Shown here: piece by piece, positions 18,960 through 27,364 of the stretch
Position numbering within the stretch: the first letter of the stretch is position 1
How the letters are laid out: each line of letters begins with the position of its first letter
Position numbers and translations under genes: made by a program
Notes under the pieces: model-generated
What the model was told of the DNA's origin: nothing
Databases searched by the model: none
What the model saw: only the letters and a program-made list of their open reading frames with translations
Origin: Candidatus Uhrbacteria bacterium RIFOXYC2_FULL_47_19
GTDB lineage: Bacteria > Patescibacteriota > Patescibacteriia > SG8-24
Length of the DNA: 64,000 nucleotides
Reading direction: 5' to 3'
NCBI GenBank assembly: GCA_001791745.1
Contig: MGFG01000010.1
Location: 3,351 to 67,350 of the forward strand

Positions 18960-20099
18960 TTATGGTGTCGGCATTTGACCTAACACCACCTCTACCTCTC
19001 TAGTTTCCGAACCACGTTCGACCGAAATGGTAACCGTGTCACGAGGAGAGTATTCAGTGAGTAGCTCCGGCAATGAACGATTGGCAGTCACTGATTCACC
19101 ATTAATCGCCAGCACTGTATCCCCTTCTCTTAATCCTGATTTGGCTGCTGGACTCTGTCGTACAATAGCTGGCAGTGAACCATATGAACTAAGTAAGGCG
19201 CCACGACCGGCGGTACCACGTCCTGGCTGCTCAGACAAATCAATAAAACGCACTCCTAAATACGGTCTAACTACCGATCCATCACGCAATACACCTGAGA
19301 TCTGTCTAGAAAAAGCACTAAACGGAACGACCTGCATTCCCGGCTCCGAACCACCAATATAGATACCAGTTACTTCGCCGCTCGTACCGAAAACTACACC
19401 ACCCGGCAAAAATCCTTCGGTCCCAGCCAAGAATACAACCTTTTGCATCTTCTCAGACGAACGACGCACTGCTGATGCGTCGAGGGCTGGAACATTACCC
19501 CAGGCAGTAACAACCGCAGTTCTCAGTCCACCCAAAGAATCGAAAGCCACGACCGAGTCACCAACCTTTAGATCATCGGACTTATTACCCAACGAGACGA
19601 CTGGTAATCCGGTACCAGCTACTTTAATAAAGGCCGCACCAGAAAACGAATCAACTGTAGCTCGTTCGACTGCATATGTCCGACCACCAATCACAGCTGT
19701 TAATCCACGTCCGGTTGATGATCCAGCCAGGTCCAACACTGAACTATGGGTTAACAACCAACCATCAGAAGTCAGTACTGCTCCACCACCAATTGCGTCT
19801 ACAGGCAAAATCACGTCCTTAAGATCGGAGCTGCGATACAACAATGCAGTTGGTCCAGCTAGTCCGCGCACCACCATATCCGAAGAAAGCCGGGCTCGTA
19901 TAACGACAGGTTCAATTGGGACACCAAAACCTGACAAACTAGAACCAGTGACTGCTGGTAAATAAGCCAAGGTCATCAACATACCGACTGCACCGGACGC
20001 CAGCCCAAAAATAGCTCCAAAAATAACCGTTGAGATCAATCCATTACGCCCAATCGTCTTCTCTTGTTTGTCTTTACGCCTGAAGTTCATGAAGCTCAT
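18960..20099 (-). CDS. membrane-anchored trypsin-like (S1C/HtrA-like) domain protein with C-terminal PDZ domain; catalytic Ser motif not conserved
   Basis: N-terminal TM. The PDZ domain is clear (GALLSSYGSLPAIVRQSPAAKSGLREGDTVLAINGESV...). Where a protease domain would carry GNSGG it has GFLPGG / GTSGE. Confidence 0.5.
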   Translation of the reverse strand: MSFMNFRRKDKQEKTIGRNGLISTVIFGAIFGLASGAVGMLMTLAYLPAVTGSSLSGFGVPIEPVVIRARLSSDMVVRGLAGPTALLYRSSDLKDVILPVDAIGGGAVLTSDGWLLTHSSVLDLAGSSTGRGLTAVIGGRTYAVERATVDSFSGAAFIKVAGTGLPVVSLGNKSDDLKVGDSVVAFDSLGGLRTAVVTAWGNVPALDASAVRRSSEKMQKVVFLAGTEGFLPGGVVFGTSGEVTGIYIGGSEPGMQVVPFSAFSRQISGVLRDGSVVRPYLGVRFIDLSEQPGRGTAGRGALLSSYGSLPAIVRQSPAAKSGLREGDTVLAINGESVTANRSLPELLTEYSPRDTVTISVERGSETREVEVVLGQMPTP

Positions 20100-20114
20100 A
20101 TTGTTTGTTCAAAC

Positions 20115-20975
20115 TTACAACCAACGAGCCGTAGCTAGTACTAACACCACCAATACTGCTGCGGCAGTCAATCCAAATTTTAGACCTCGAGTTCCGACAT
20201 CACCCGACAATATACGCACGGCCGATCGACCAATTGCGAAACAGATAATCATTAATACAGTCGCATTGACTAAAAAAGGAGTTGGTAAAAATGAGAGACC
20301 AATATAAGTCTCGATACCCAGAGCAGTCAAGGCGACTGTAGCTCGAACTATTAGTGCACGATCAGCACCAGATTGTTGCAATGCCTCGTATTGAACAATC
20401 GAAAGCAAACCACCAAAGATAATCGCCGAAACAACCACCGGTAAACTAATAAATCGCCCAATACCGAACAAAAATACTGTGGCAAAAAAAACTCCAAGCA
20501 GGTTCATTAGTCGCCCAAGACGCACAGTTCTGTTGGCACCACGAAGGGGATCCAGTGCATCTGACGAATCAAGACGCATGACAAAAACCAGCAAAGCCAA
20601 CATGATCACTGTAACAGAAACAAACCGTGCTAACACCGAACCAAGTAACGAGTAGAACAAAAAACTACCAGCCACAAAAACAGTCGGCGACAATATCACT
20701 CGCCAGCGGGCTACACCAGGAGGCAATCTGACTGGAGATAGTAAAATCATTAATAAGGTCAGAGTAACGGACACCAGAAAGACCAACACAAAAATAAATG
20801 AACGCCAGGTCTCTGGTAAAACCGGAATAACTGACGAGATATAGAATAGTGTGCCGACCACGAACGGCAGTGCTCCCAAAAGAAGCCAACGCTTAGTTAG
20901 CGAACTAACTACGACTACCGAACTTTTTAGGTCCAGACGTTCCATAAGCGGACAGGAGACGGGAATCGCACTCAA
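20115..20975 (-). CDS. polytopic integral membrane protein (hypothetical)
   Basis: About 8 hydrophobic helices. Overlaps the upstream gene by 4 nt. Confidence 0.45.
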   Translation of the reverse strand: MSAIPVSCPLMERLDLKSSVVVVSSLTKRWLLLGALPFVVGTLFYISSVIPVLPETWRSFIFVLVFLVSVTLTLLMILLSPVRLPPGVARWRVILSPTVFVAGSFLFYSLLGSVLARFVSVTVIMLALLVFVMRLDSSDALDPLRGANRTVRLGRLMNLLGVFFATVFLFGIGRFISLPVVVSAIIFGGLLSIVQYEALQQSGADRALIVRATVALTALGIETYIGLSFLPTPFLVNATVLMIICFAIGRSAVRILSGDVGTRGLKFGLTAAAVLVVLVLATARWL

Positions 20976-21700
20976 TGCCCGGAGACGAGCGAAACCTTGA
21001 TCTTGTCGCCCACGACGACGATCGACCGCAGTTCACCGTTCTCACCCAAGCCCTGCTCGATCGCCCTGTTGAGGCTGGCGTTGACTGACTTGATCATCAA
21101 ATTGGCAACGGCATCGGGAACCGACAGAGAGCCGACGGTCAGATCTTCGGCCTTGAGCCAGACCAGTCCGCCGACGACTGCCGGACGGAGACGGATCGAC
21201 AGCGGCACGCTGTTGTAATCCTCCCCGGTCAGGGCATAAACGTTGATGAGGCCGTCACCGAAAGAGGTCTGGACTGACTTGATCGGCAGCGGCAGATTTG
21301 AGACCTCGCTTTCCGACAGGATCACACCGGACAACAAAGTAGTCAATTCCTGCTCGGAGATAGTCATGTCCAGTGTTTCGGTAGTGGAATTGAAAGACGT
21401 CCTAGCAGCCACAATCGACATAATATCGTTCGGATCGGTCCCAGTTAAAGGCAGTACAATCCTTTCAGGTAAATCAGGATGATATAGCCAATCTGATAGG
21501 AGGGGCACCTTTACTAGACCACTTCTAGCCGCCATAGTCGTCAACCCCAAAATAGGAACAAGTAACAAAATAACAAACACTACCAAATAAATAGTGATCG
21601 CCTTTAGTGCTCGTCGCCAACTCTCATGTGAGAGTTCTGCTTTTATCTCTCGTTTTAGTTCGTCACGATTGACATACTGACGACCATCTTCTTTGATCAT
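20972..21700 (-). CDS. membrane-anchored hypothetical protein
   Basis: Single N-terminal TM (ITIYLVVFVILLLVPILGLTT) followed by an extracytoplasmic domain. 4-nt overlaps on both sides. Confidence 0.4.
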   Translation of the reverse strand: MIKEDGRQYVNRDELKREIKAELSHESWRRALKAITIYLVVFVILLLVPILGLTTMAARSGLVKVPLLSDWLYHPDLPERIVLPLTGTDPNDIMSIVAARTSFNSTTETLDMTISEQELTTLLSGVILSESEVSNLPLPIKSVQTSFGDGLINVYALTGEDYNSVPLSIRLRPAVVGGLVWLKAEDLTVGSLSVPDAVANLMIKSVNASLNRAIEQGLGENGELRSIVVVGDKIKVSLVSGH

Positions 21701-22170
21701 AGTCTGTTACTTTCGGTCAGCCATGAAAAACGAATAGACAGATCCGAAGTCTGTCGGCGTAATGATTCAACATCCTCGCTACTATCTTCATCCGGACTAA
21801 TCATCTGTCTCCAACGATCAATCAAAGTCACGAATGATAAGTGAGCATCACGTTCTGAACCGGGAACACGCATACGCAATAAACGCTCTTGAATCGTGTC
21901 CACCAATGTCAGCATTGATTCACTAACCTGATCAGATAGATTACCTTCCTCCAGGACACTAACTTGATCTAGAAACGGAACCATAACTAGACGTGCTTCA
22001 GCCCGATAACCCTCAACTGTTGGTGCTTCCTCCTCGACTAAGGTCTCATTTTGTAAGACTTCGGACCGATAAGCTGTCCAAGCAGCGAAGCCAAAACCAG
22101 CCACTATAACGGCAGCAAAAATTCCGAGGACTAAAAATTCACTAAAAATATGATGTTTTTTATGTTCCAT
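21697..22170 (-). CDS. membrane-anchored hypothetical protein
   Basis: Start chosen at MEHKKHHIFSEFLVLGIFAAVIVAGFGFAAW (a TM). The ORF-track M at 22209 is upstream. Confidence 0.4.
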   Translation of the reverse strand: MEHKKHHIFSEFLVLGIFAAVIVAGFGFAAWTAYRSEVLQNETLVEEEAPTVEGYRAEARLVMVPFLDQVSVLEEGNLSDQVSESMLTLVDTIQERLLRMRVPGSERDAHLSFVTLIDRWRQMISPDEDSSEDVESLRRQTSDLSIRFSWLTESNRL

Positions 22171-22289
22171 ACAGCACTGAGTATAGCAACGCTTAAAGGT
22201 CGCGGTCAATCGTCTTCATATAGGGTAAATCTTAGCTTTTGGCTCTCTAAAGTTATTGCGCGGATCAAATCAGAATTTGATGTTGTTGT

Positions 22290-22835
22290 TTGGAATTCTT
22301 CTCTTTCAGACTCCTTTCTTTAATCCGGGGGACTTCCGGTCCCCCAGGACCCCGACCTTGTTTCTCTGTCCCGCGCGGCACGGGTCGGCCCGCTCCGGTG
22401 GCGGTCCGCCCTAACTCTCGGCGTCCGGCCCTCGCCTACCGGCTCGGGACCCAGCCCGGACGTCTCCGAGATTGCCGCGGGAGGTATGCGCCGTGGAGAT
22501 CGGATCGTGGATCCCGGGTCTCGGCCCGGGATGACATATTAAAGCAATGTCGTCCCGGAACTGCGAACTGAACATTATTCCTTTTGTCGTCCCGGAACTG
22601 TGAGCGTAGCGAGCAGTATCCGGGACCCAGGAGTAAAGAGATCGGAATTGGTTTCTGGATCCCGGATAATTGCTGACGCAATTTCCGGGATGACATATTA
22701 AAAAGGCTTAAGGTTTCAAGATGACAAAATAAAAAGTAAGGATGACAAATACGTAAGAAGGATTGAGATAACAAAAAACACTGTCGTCCCGGACTTGATC
22801 CGGGACCCAGGAGCAGAAAAAGAAAAACACCGCAT
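22290..22835. repeat. second long copy of the composite MITE-like repeat (paralog of 14270-14805)
   Basis: Module order is shared with the 14.2-14.8 kb cluster. Segment 22528-22813 is ~90% identical to 14443-14805 apart from a ~50-bp indel. Confidence 0.85.
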
Positions 22836-22880
22836 AAGAGCGGTGTGGAGGTGTTGTGAGGTTTTAAGAAAAAAGCCTGA

Positions 22881-23567
22881 TTAGGCCACTAGGATCAAAG
22901 GAACATCTGGTTGGTTCTTCAGCCAGGCGACGGGCGGCGTAACGGCCGAAAGGCGAACTAACGGAGCCAGTCTAGCTGCCTCATCCTTCTTCCCGATCAG
23001 AACGAAGCTGAGATAGAAGAACAGGCTGGCCCAGAGGCTGGCTCTGAGGCTGACCCTGAGGCTGTCCTCAAGACTGTCCCCAAGACTGCCCGAGAGGCTG
23101 ACCCTGAGGCTTTCCCAGAGGTTGTCCGAGAGGCTGACCCTGAGGATGCCTGAGAGACTGTCCCTGAGGCTTTCCCAGAGGTTGTTCCCGAGGCTGCCCC
23201 CGAGACTGCTCCAGAGGCTGAGCCCGAGGCTGTCCCAGAGGCTACCCCCAAGGCTGCCCGAGAGGCTGTCCAGATAGGCAGCTTCGGACATCCACTCTGG
23301 CCTTTTGAAGGGCTCGGAGACTGAGAGCAGCTCTACTTCCTTCACCTCACGACCGGTGGCCAAGGCTATGGCCCGAACAATAGCTTCTCTGTTCACCTCA
23401 TCCGCCGGAGTGAACTGGAACTGTTCACGTTCGGCTTGGATGAACAGACCCCCGATGGTCTCCATGGCTTTATCGATTTCGGCCTCGGTGACACCGTTGT
23501 GTTTCTCCTCTAAAAGAAAAGACTTCAGACCCTCACGGTCGACGACCGGCTTGTCTTCTTGTCCCAT
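22881..23567 (-). CDS. hypothetical protein with C-terminal degenerate (S-L-x-x-S-L/W-E-S-L-R) tandem repeats
   Basis: The N-terminal 100 aa are non-repetitive (MGQEDKPVVDREGLKSF...), preceded by a GAAGGAG RBS. The C-terminal half is encoded by a GC-rich ~15-nt tandem repeat (gaggctg(a/t)ccctgag...). Confidence 0.4.
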   Translation of the reverse strand: MGQEDKPVVDREGLKSFLLEEKHNGVTEAEIDKAMETIGGLFIQAEREQFQFTPADEVNREAIVRAIALATGREVKEVELLSVSEPFKRPEWMSEAAYLDSLSGSLGGSLWDSLGLSLWSSLGGSLGNNLWESLRDSLSGILRVSLSDNLWESLRVSLSGSLGDSLEDSLRVSLRASLWASLFFYLSFVLIGKKDEAARLAPLVRLSAVTPPVAWLKNQPDVPLILVA

Positions 23568-23639
23568 TTTTTAACTCCTTCTGTCCGACCCAATGGCCGT
23601 GACGAAGCAACTTAACATGATGAGATAGTGAGGTCAAAG

Positions 23640-24010
23640 ATTGATGTAGATTCTGGATCCCGGATAGACCTCGCTCCGCTCGGCCTTCCGGGATGACAAA
23701 ATAAAAAGGCTCGAGGTTTCAAGATGACATATTAAAAAGTGAGGATGACAAATTAAGAAAGGTTGCGGTTTCGGGATGACAAATTAAAAAGTAAGGATGA
23801 CAAATTAAGAAAGGTTGCGGTTTCGAGATGACAAATAAAACACTGTCGTCCCGGGCCGAGACCCGGGACCCAGGAGTAAAATCGATCGGCTTCTGGATCC
23901 CGGATAGACCTCGCCTTGCTCGGTCTTCCGGGATGACATATTAAAAAGGCTTAAGGTTTCAAGATGACAAAATAAAAAGTAAGGATGACAGATAAAAATA
24001 GAAAGGTTTG
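23640..24010. repeat. MITE-like repeat cluster (GATGACAAAT iteron-like direct repeats + TCCCGG palindromes)
   Basis: GGATGACAAATTAAGAAAGGTTGCGGTTTCG(G/A)GATGACAAAT x2, plus CTGGATCCCGGATAGACCTCGC(T/C)...TCCGGGATGACA modules shared with the other clusters. Confidence 0.8.
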
Positions 24011-24083
24011 CAATTTCGAGATGACAAATAAAATGAACCAAAACCACCTCCCGCAATCCCAGTTTAGCTGGGATCTCAGGAGG

Positions 24084-24475
24084 TGGTGGAGATGGGGAGA
24101 TTTGAACTCCCGTCTGGTGAGTCGCTCCACGATACTTCTACCGATGTATTCCGTCTTGGTGTTTCGGGGTGGTGATGTTAGACGAACCAAACCCACCATC
24201 CCTATTTCCGTGCCAGGTCGGACCGCGCTACGGAAAGAGGCGCGGACCCAATCCGATATATGACACCCGGATCCCAACTATCGGACGTCGTTGGGTCGGA
24301 TGGGCATTCGGTTAAGCGAACGCCGAAGCGGTAACGGGCGAGAAAGCCGAAGCCATCGCGCTCTTCACCTTGCTGACAAAATTGGCGTGTATGTCATTGC
24401 CCTGAGATTTACGAGGTGCAGGCGCCCTCGACCGGCATATCGCGAAAGGATCTCCCATCGATCCCTGTCATCCCC
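24084..24475 (-). ncRNA. ssrA: tmRNA (SsrA)
   Basis: Minus-strand RNA starting GGGGAUGACAGGGAUCGAUGGG and ending ...GGGAGUUCAAAUCUCCCCAUCUCCACCA. A 7-bp acceptor stem GGGGAUG/CAUCUCC carries a G3:U70 pair (the Ala identity element). It has a T-arm GGAGUUCAAAUCUCC and a CCA end. It sits directly next to smpB. An internal frame ends ...GCUUCGGCGUUCGCUUAA (stop rc at 24312-24314). Confidence 0.8.
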
Positions 24476-24554
24476 CACCAACCGGGCAATATCTGCTCGA
24501 CTGATGACGAAGGACAGATTCTTTGATCATCAACACCGAAACACGATCTAATTT

Positions 24555-24998
24555 TTACTCTCTAAGATCCCTTTGTACGTCCCTAGCAATGTCCCGTTGC
24601 TTCTTCTGTTCCTTCTTCTCGTACTCCTTTCTGCCGCGTGCTAAACCGAACTTCAGCTTGATCATAGAACCCTTAGTATAGACAGAAATCGGCACCAAAG
24701 TCAAGCCTTTAACCTTCATTTTTCCCGCCAATTTAGCGATTTCTCGTTTGTGAATCAGCAACTTTCGAGTGCGCTTAGGATCGAAGTCTTTCAACTTACC
24801 AGCCTTGGGGTACAGCGGAATATGAGCATTTATCAGACGGGCTTCACCACTCGCAATAGTGATATAGGAACCAGTTAGCTTCATTTGCCCATCCCGAATC
24901 GATTTAACTTCGTGTCCAGACAACACTAAACCAACTTCGATTTCATCGATAACTTGAAAATCGCGTAGCGAACGTCGGTTGTCGGCTAGAGTTGGCAT
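24555..24998 (-). CDS. smpB: SsrA-binding protein SmpB
   Basis: Full-length similarity to the SmpB family (VIDEIEVGLVLSGHEVKSIRDGQMKL...; LLIHKREIAKL; basic C-terminal tail). Confidence 0.9.
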   Translation of the reverse strand: MPTLADNRRSLRDFQVIDEIEVGLVLSGHEVKSIRDGQMKLTGSYITIASGEARLINAHIPLYPKAGKLKDFDPKRTRKLLIHKREIAKLAGKMKVKGLTLVPISVYTKGSMIKLKFGLARGRKEYEKKEQKKQRDIARDVQRDLRE

Positions 24999-25174
24999 GA
25001 GTTCAGCTCTTAATACCGATGATTATCAACTTTTTAAGCAAATAAGGCAATAATCGACCTCAAACGACCAGTTAGCGCAGCCCAACCAGAAAACAAACCA
25101 TTCAGCCATCCAAAGCTTTACAAAATCACCGTAAACCCTTATCCTTTGCCCAGTAATTCATTATCTATACAGCC

Positions 25175-25729
25175 TTGAGGATCTCGAGAAAAAAAAGAAG
25201 GCCGCAACAACAGCAACGGGTCATCTATCCAGTCAACGAAAGAATTCGTGAACCAGAGCTACGAGTCATTGTCGATGACACTGGTGAACACTTGGGTATT
25301 TTAAAGACGCCTGACGCACTAACTGCGGCCAAGGAACTCAAATTGGATCTAGTTGTTGTTCAGCCTAAGACTGAACCACCGATTGCCAAGATCATCGACT
25401 TCGGTCGTTACAAGTACGAAAAAGAGAAAGAAGCGAAAGCTCAGAGGACCAATGCCAAGACGGTCGAGGTCAAAGGAGTGCGTCTATCTACTCGTATCGG
25501 CGACCATGACCTGAATGTACGCAAAGATCAGGCCAAAAAGTTTATGGAAAAAGGTAACAAGGTCAAAGTTGAGATTATCCTACGTGGTCGCGAAAAACGC
25601 CATGGTGATGTAGCAGCCCAAGTCATTCAACGATTTATGACCGAGCTTAATCTCGAGGTTCCAATCAAGATCGAGCAACCGGTCACACGCCAAGGCGGAC
25701 AGTTGACAAGCATCATTGCTAAGGCGTAA
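25175..25729 (+). CDS. infC: translation initiation factor IF-3
   Basis: INERIREPELRVIVDDTGEHLGIL ... KIIDFGRYKYEKEK ... LRGREKRH is a typical IF-3 pattern. The true start may be non-ATG. Confidence 0.85.
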   Translation: MRISRKKRRPQQQQRVIYPVNERIREPELRVIVDDTGEHLGILKTPDALTAAKELKLDLVVVQPKTEPPIAKIIDFGRYKYEKEKEAKAQRTNAKTVEVKGVRLSTRIGDHDLNVRKDQAKKFMEKGNKVKVEIILRGREKRHGDVAAQVIQRFMTELNLEVPIKIEQPVTRQGGQLTSIIAKA

Positions 25730-25763
25730 GCTAGCGAACGCCTGGTGAAGACTTATACCACTT

Positions 25764-25949
25764 ATGAAGACACATAAAGCACTGTCCAAACGGTTCGGCG
25801 TCACCCGTACGGGTAAGGTCCTAAAGAGGACCGCCGGCCAGGACCACTTCAATTCCCGCGAAAGCGGCAAGGTTACACGCGGCAAACGCCGGGACCGACA
25901 AATATCGGATTCCTTCGTGAAGACCATAAGGCAGTTGATCCAGAAGTAA
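25764..25949 (+). CDS. rpmI: 50S ribosomal protein L35
   Basis: A 61-aa basic protein (MKTHKALSKRFGVTRTGKVLKR...) between infC and rplT. Confidence 0.85.
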   Translation: MKTHKALSKRFGVTRTGKVLKRTAGQDHFNSRESGKVTRGKRRDRQISDSFVKTIRQLIQK

Positions 25950-25950
25950 T

Positions 25951-26298
25951 ATGCCGAGGGTAAAAAGAGGCACAATTCATTTGAAGCGACGTAAAGCCAT
26001 CCTCGAGAAGACCAAGGGCTTCATGTGGGGACGGAAGAGTAAGCTCAAGCTCGCCCAGACTGCCGCAGTCAAGGCTGGTGTTTACGCCTACCGCGACCGA
26101 CGAAACAAGAAACGGGTCATGCGTCGACTCTGGCAAATCAAGCTCAATGCCGCCGCTCGATTGCATGGTCTGTCCTACAGCCGTTTAATCGACGCTTTGA
26201 AAAAGGCTGGTGTGACACTTGATCGTCAAGTTATGTCCAAGATAGCAGCCGAACGACCCAATACTTTCAAGGCTATCGTGGATGCGGTCAAAAAGTAG
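25951..26298 (+). CDS. rplT: 50S ribosomal protein L20
   Basis: MPRVKRGTIHLKRRKAILEKTKGF...RLWQIKLNAAARLHGLSYSRLI is typical of L20. Confidence 0.9.
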   Translation: MPRVKRGTIHLKRRKAILEKTKGFMWGRKSKLKLAQTAAVKAGVYAYRDRRNKKRVMRRLWQIKLNAAARLHGLSYSRLIDALKKAGVTLDRQVMSKIAAERPNTFKAIVDAVKK

Positions 26299-26479
26299 GA
26301 AAGCTTGGCGAACTAGAATAATCGCTAGCTAAGGCGCACTCCAATGGGGTGCGTTTTGGGTTTAAAGTTTAATTAAGATTGCGGAGCCTTATTTGGGCTA
26401 GGACTTGACAGATTAAACTGAAAGTGTTAAGTTGGCCTGTCATGCGCTTAAGTAGCGCCACTGACAGAAGGAGGAAGAG

Positions 26480-27082
26480 ATGAAGAAGGTACTGTTTTGG
26501 GCCGGAATCGGCCTGGTCGCGTTCGCTGTCCTGGTGGTGGTCGTTGGACTGGTCCGACGACCTCCGCGGTCGCGTGGCGACAATCAGGTCGCTCAGGCGG
26601 CCGAAGCGGAACCCGCGGCCGAACCGTCGGCCCCGGCCACCGACGACGAGAGCTCGGCCGACCCAGCCACCGACGACGAGAGCTCGGCCGACCCAGCCAC
26701 CGACGACGAGAGCCCGACCGACCCGGCCCCCGCCGACGACAGCTCGGCCGAAGCGGAACCCGCGGCCGGAAACATCCTAGGGCAAACCGAGACCTCAATT
26801 ACCATATCCGGTATCGAGGTCGAGGGACAGGGTAATGCCTCGATATCCATCGAAGGCAATACCTTGGTGACGAACTCACCTTCTCGGGTGACGTTCGTCC
26901 AACCGGCTCCAGGCACGGAGCCGGCCAATGGAACCGCGGTCGTCGACCGCGGCGCCCCGCTCTCCAGAATCGTGATCGACCGGTCGGGTCAGCCGACCAC
27001 GGTCACTATGGAGAACGGCCGGCTGGTCCGACGGGGACCAGCCCACGTCACCTTCGAGGTGGCGTCCGCATCGCCGCAATAG
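26480..27082 (+). CDS. GC-rich membrane-anchored hypothetical protein with 3x (PATDDESSAD) tandem repeat
   Basis: A strong RBS AAGGAGG sits 8 nt upstream. N-terminal TM (VLFWAGIGLVAFAVLVVVVGLV). A 30-nt tandem repeat ccaccgacgacgagagctcggccgacccagc x3 at ~26637-26725. GC is ~68%. Overlapping alternative-frame ORFs were rejected. Confidence 0.55.
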   Translation: MKKVLFWAGIGLVAFAVLVVVVGLVRRPPRSRGDNQVAQAAEAEPAAEPSAPATDDESSADPATDDESSADPATDDESPTDPAPADDSSAEAEPAAGNILGQTETSITISGIEVEGQGNASISIEGNTLVTNSPSRVTFVQPAPGTEPANGTAVVDRGAPLSRIVIDRSGQPTTVTMENGRLVRRGPAHVTFEVASASPQ

Positions 27083-27141
27083 CGGTGCACAGCCGGAAGA
27101 AGCGCTGCCGCAATGGCGGCGCACGAACAAAAGACTTAGAA

Positions 27142-27174
27142 AACCCCGAGGCTAGCCTCGGGGTTCCTTTTTTC
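27142..27174 (+). terminator. rho-independent terminator AACCCCGAGG-CTAG-CCTCGGGGTT + T-run
   Basis: Perfect 10-bp stem followed by TCCTTTTTTCT. Confidence 0.8.
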
Positions 27175-27260
27175 TACAATCAAAAAGCTGCCCAAACCGC
27201 CCACCTCCCCGGGACTTGAACTTTATTCCGGCTTCGTCTATATTGTCCTTGCTGTTAAAT

Positions 27261-27338
27261 GGACCGGTGGTGTAGCCCGGTTAACACGTCTCCCTGTCAC
27301 GGAGAAGATCGAGGGTTCGAATCCCTTCCGGTCCGCCA
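27261..27338 (+). tRNA. tRNA-Asp (anticodon GUC)
   Basis: GGACCGGUGGUGUAGCCCGGUUAACAC G UCUCC CUGUCAC GGAGA ... GGUUCGAAUCC ... CCGGUCC G CCA gives a cloverleaf with anticodon GUC. CCA is encoded. Confidence 0.85.
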
Positions 27339-27364
27339 GGCAAAAGCGCGCCCAACGGCGCGTT

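Noticed and set aside
18960-20099. Calling the PDZ protein a confirmed active DegP/HtrA protease
   Set aside because: The canonical GNSGG serine box and an unambiguous His/Asp alignment were not found by eye. Left as HtrA-like with uncertain activity.
23951-24551. ORFs 24291..24551(+), 23985..24263(+), 23951..24277(-), 23805..24056(-)
   Set aside because: They overlap the tmRNA gene or the repeat cluster. There are no coding features, and the RNA-gene interpretation explains the region.
26448-26928. Alternative-frame ORFs 26448..26798(-), 26497..26835(+), 26544..26780(+), 26593..26928(-) in the second GC-rich insert
   Set aside because: Only 26480..27082 has a strong AAGGAGG RBS, an N-terminal TM helix and a terminator directly downstream. 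The others are R/P-rich translations of the same GC-rich tandem repeat.
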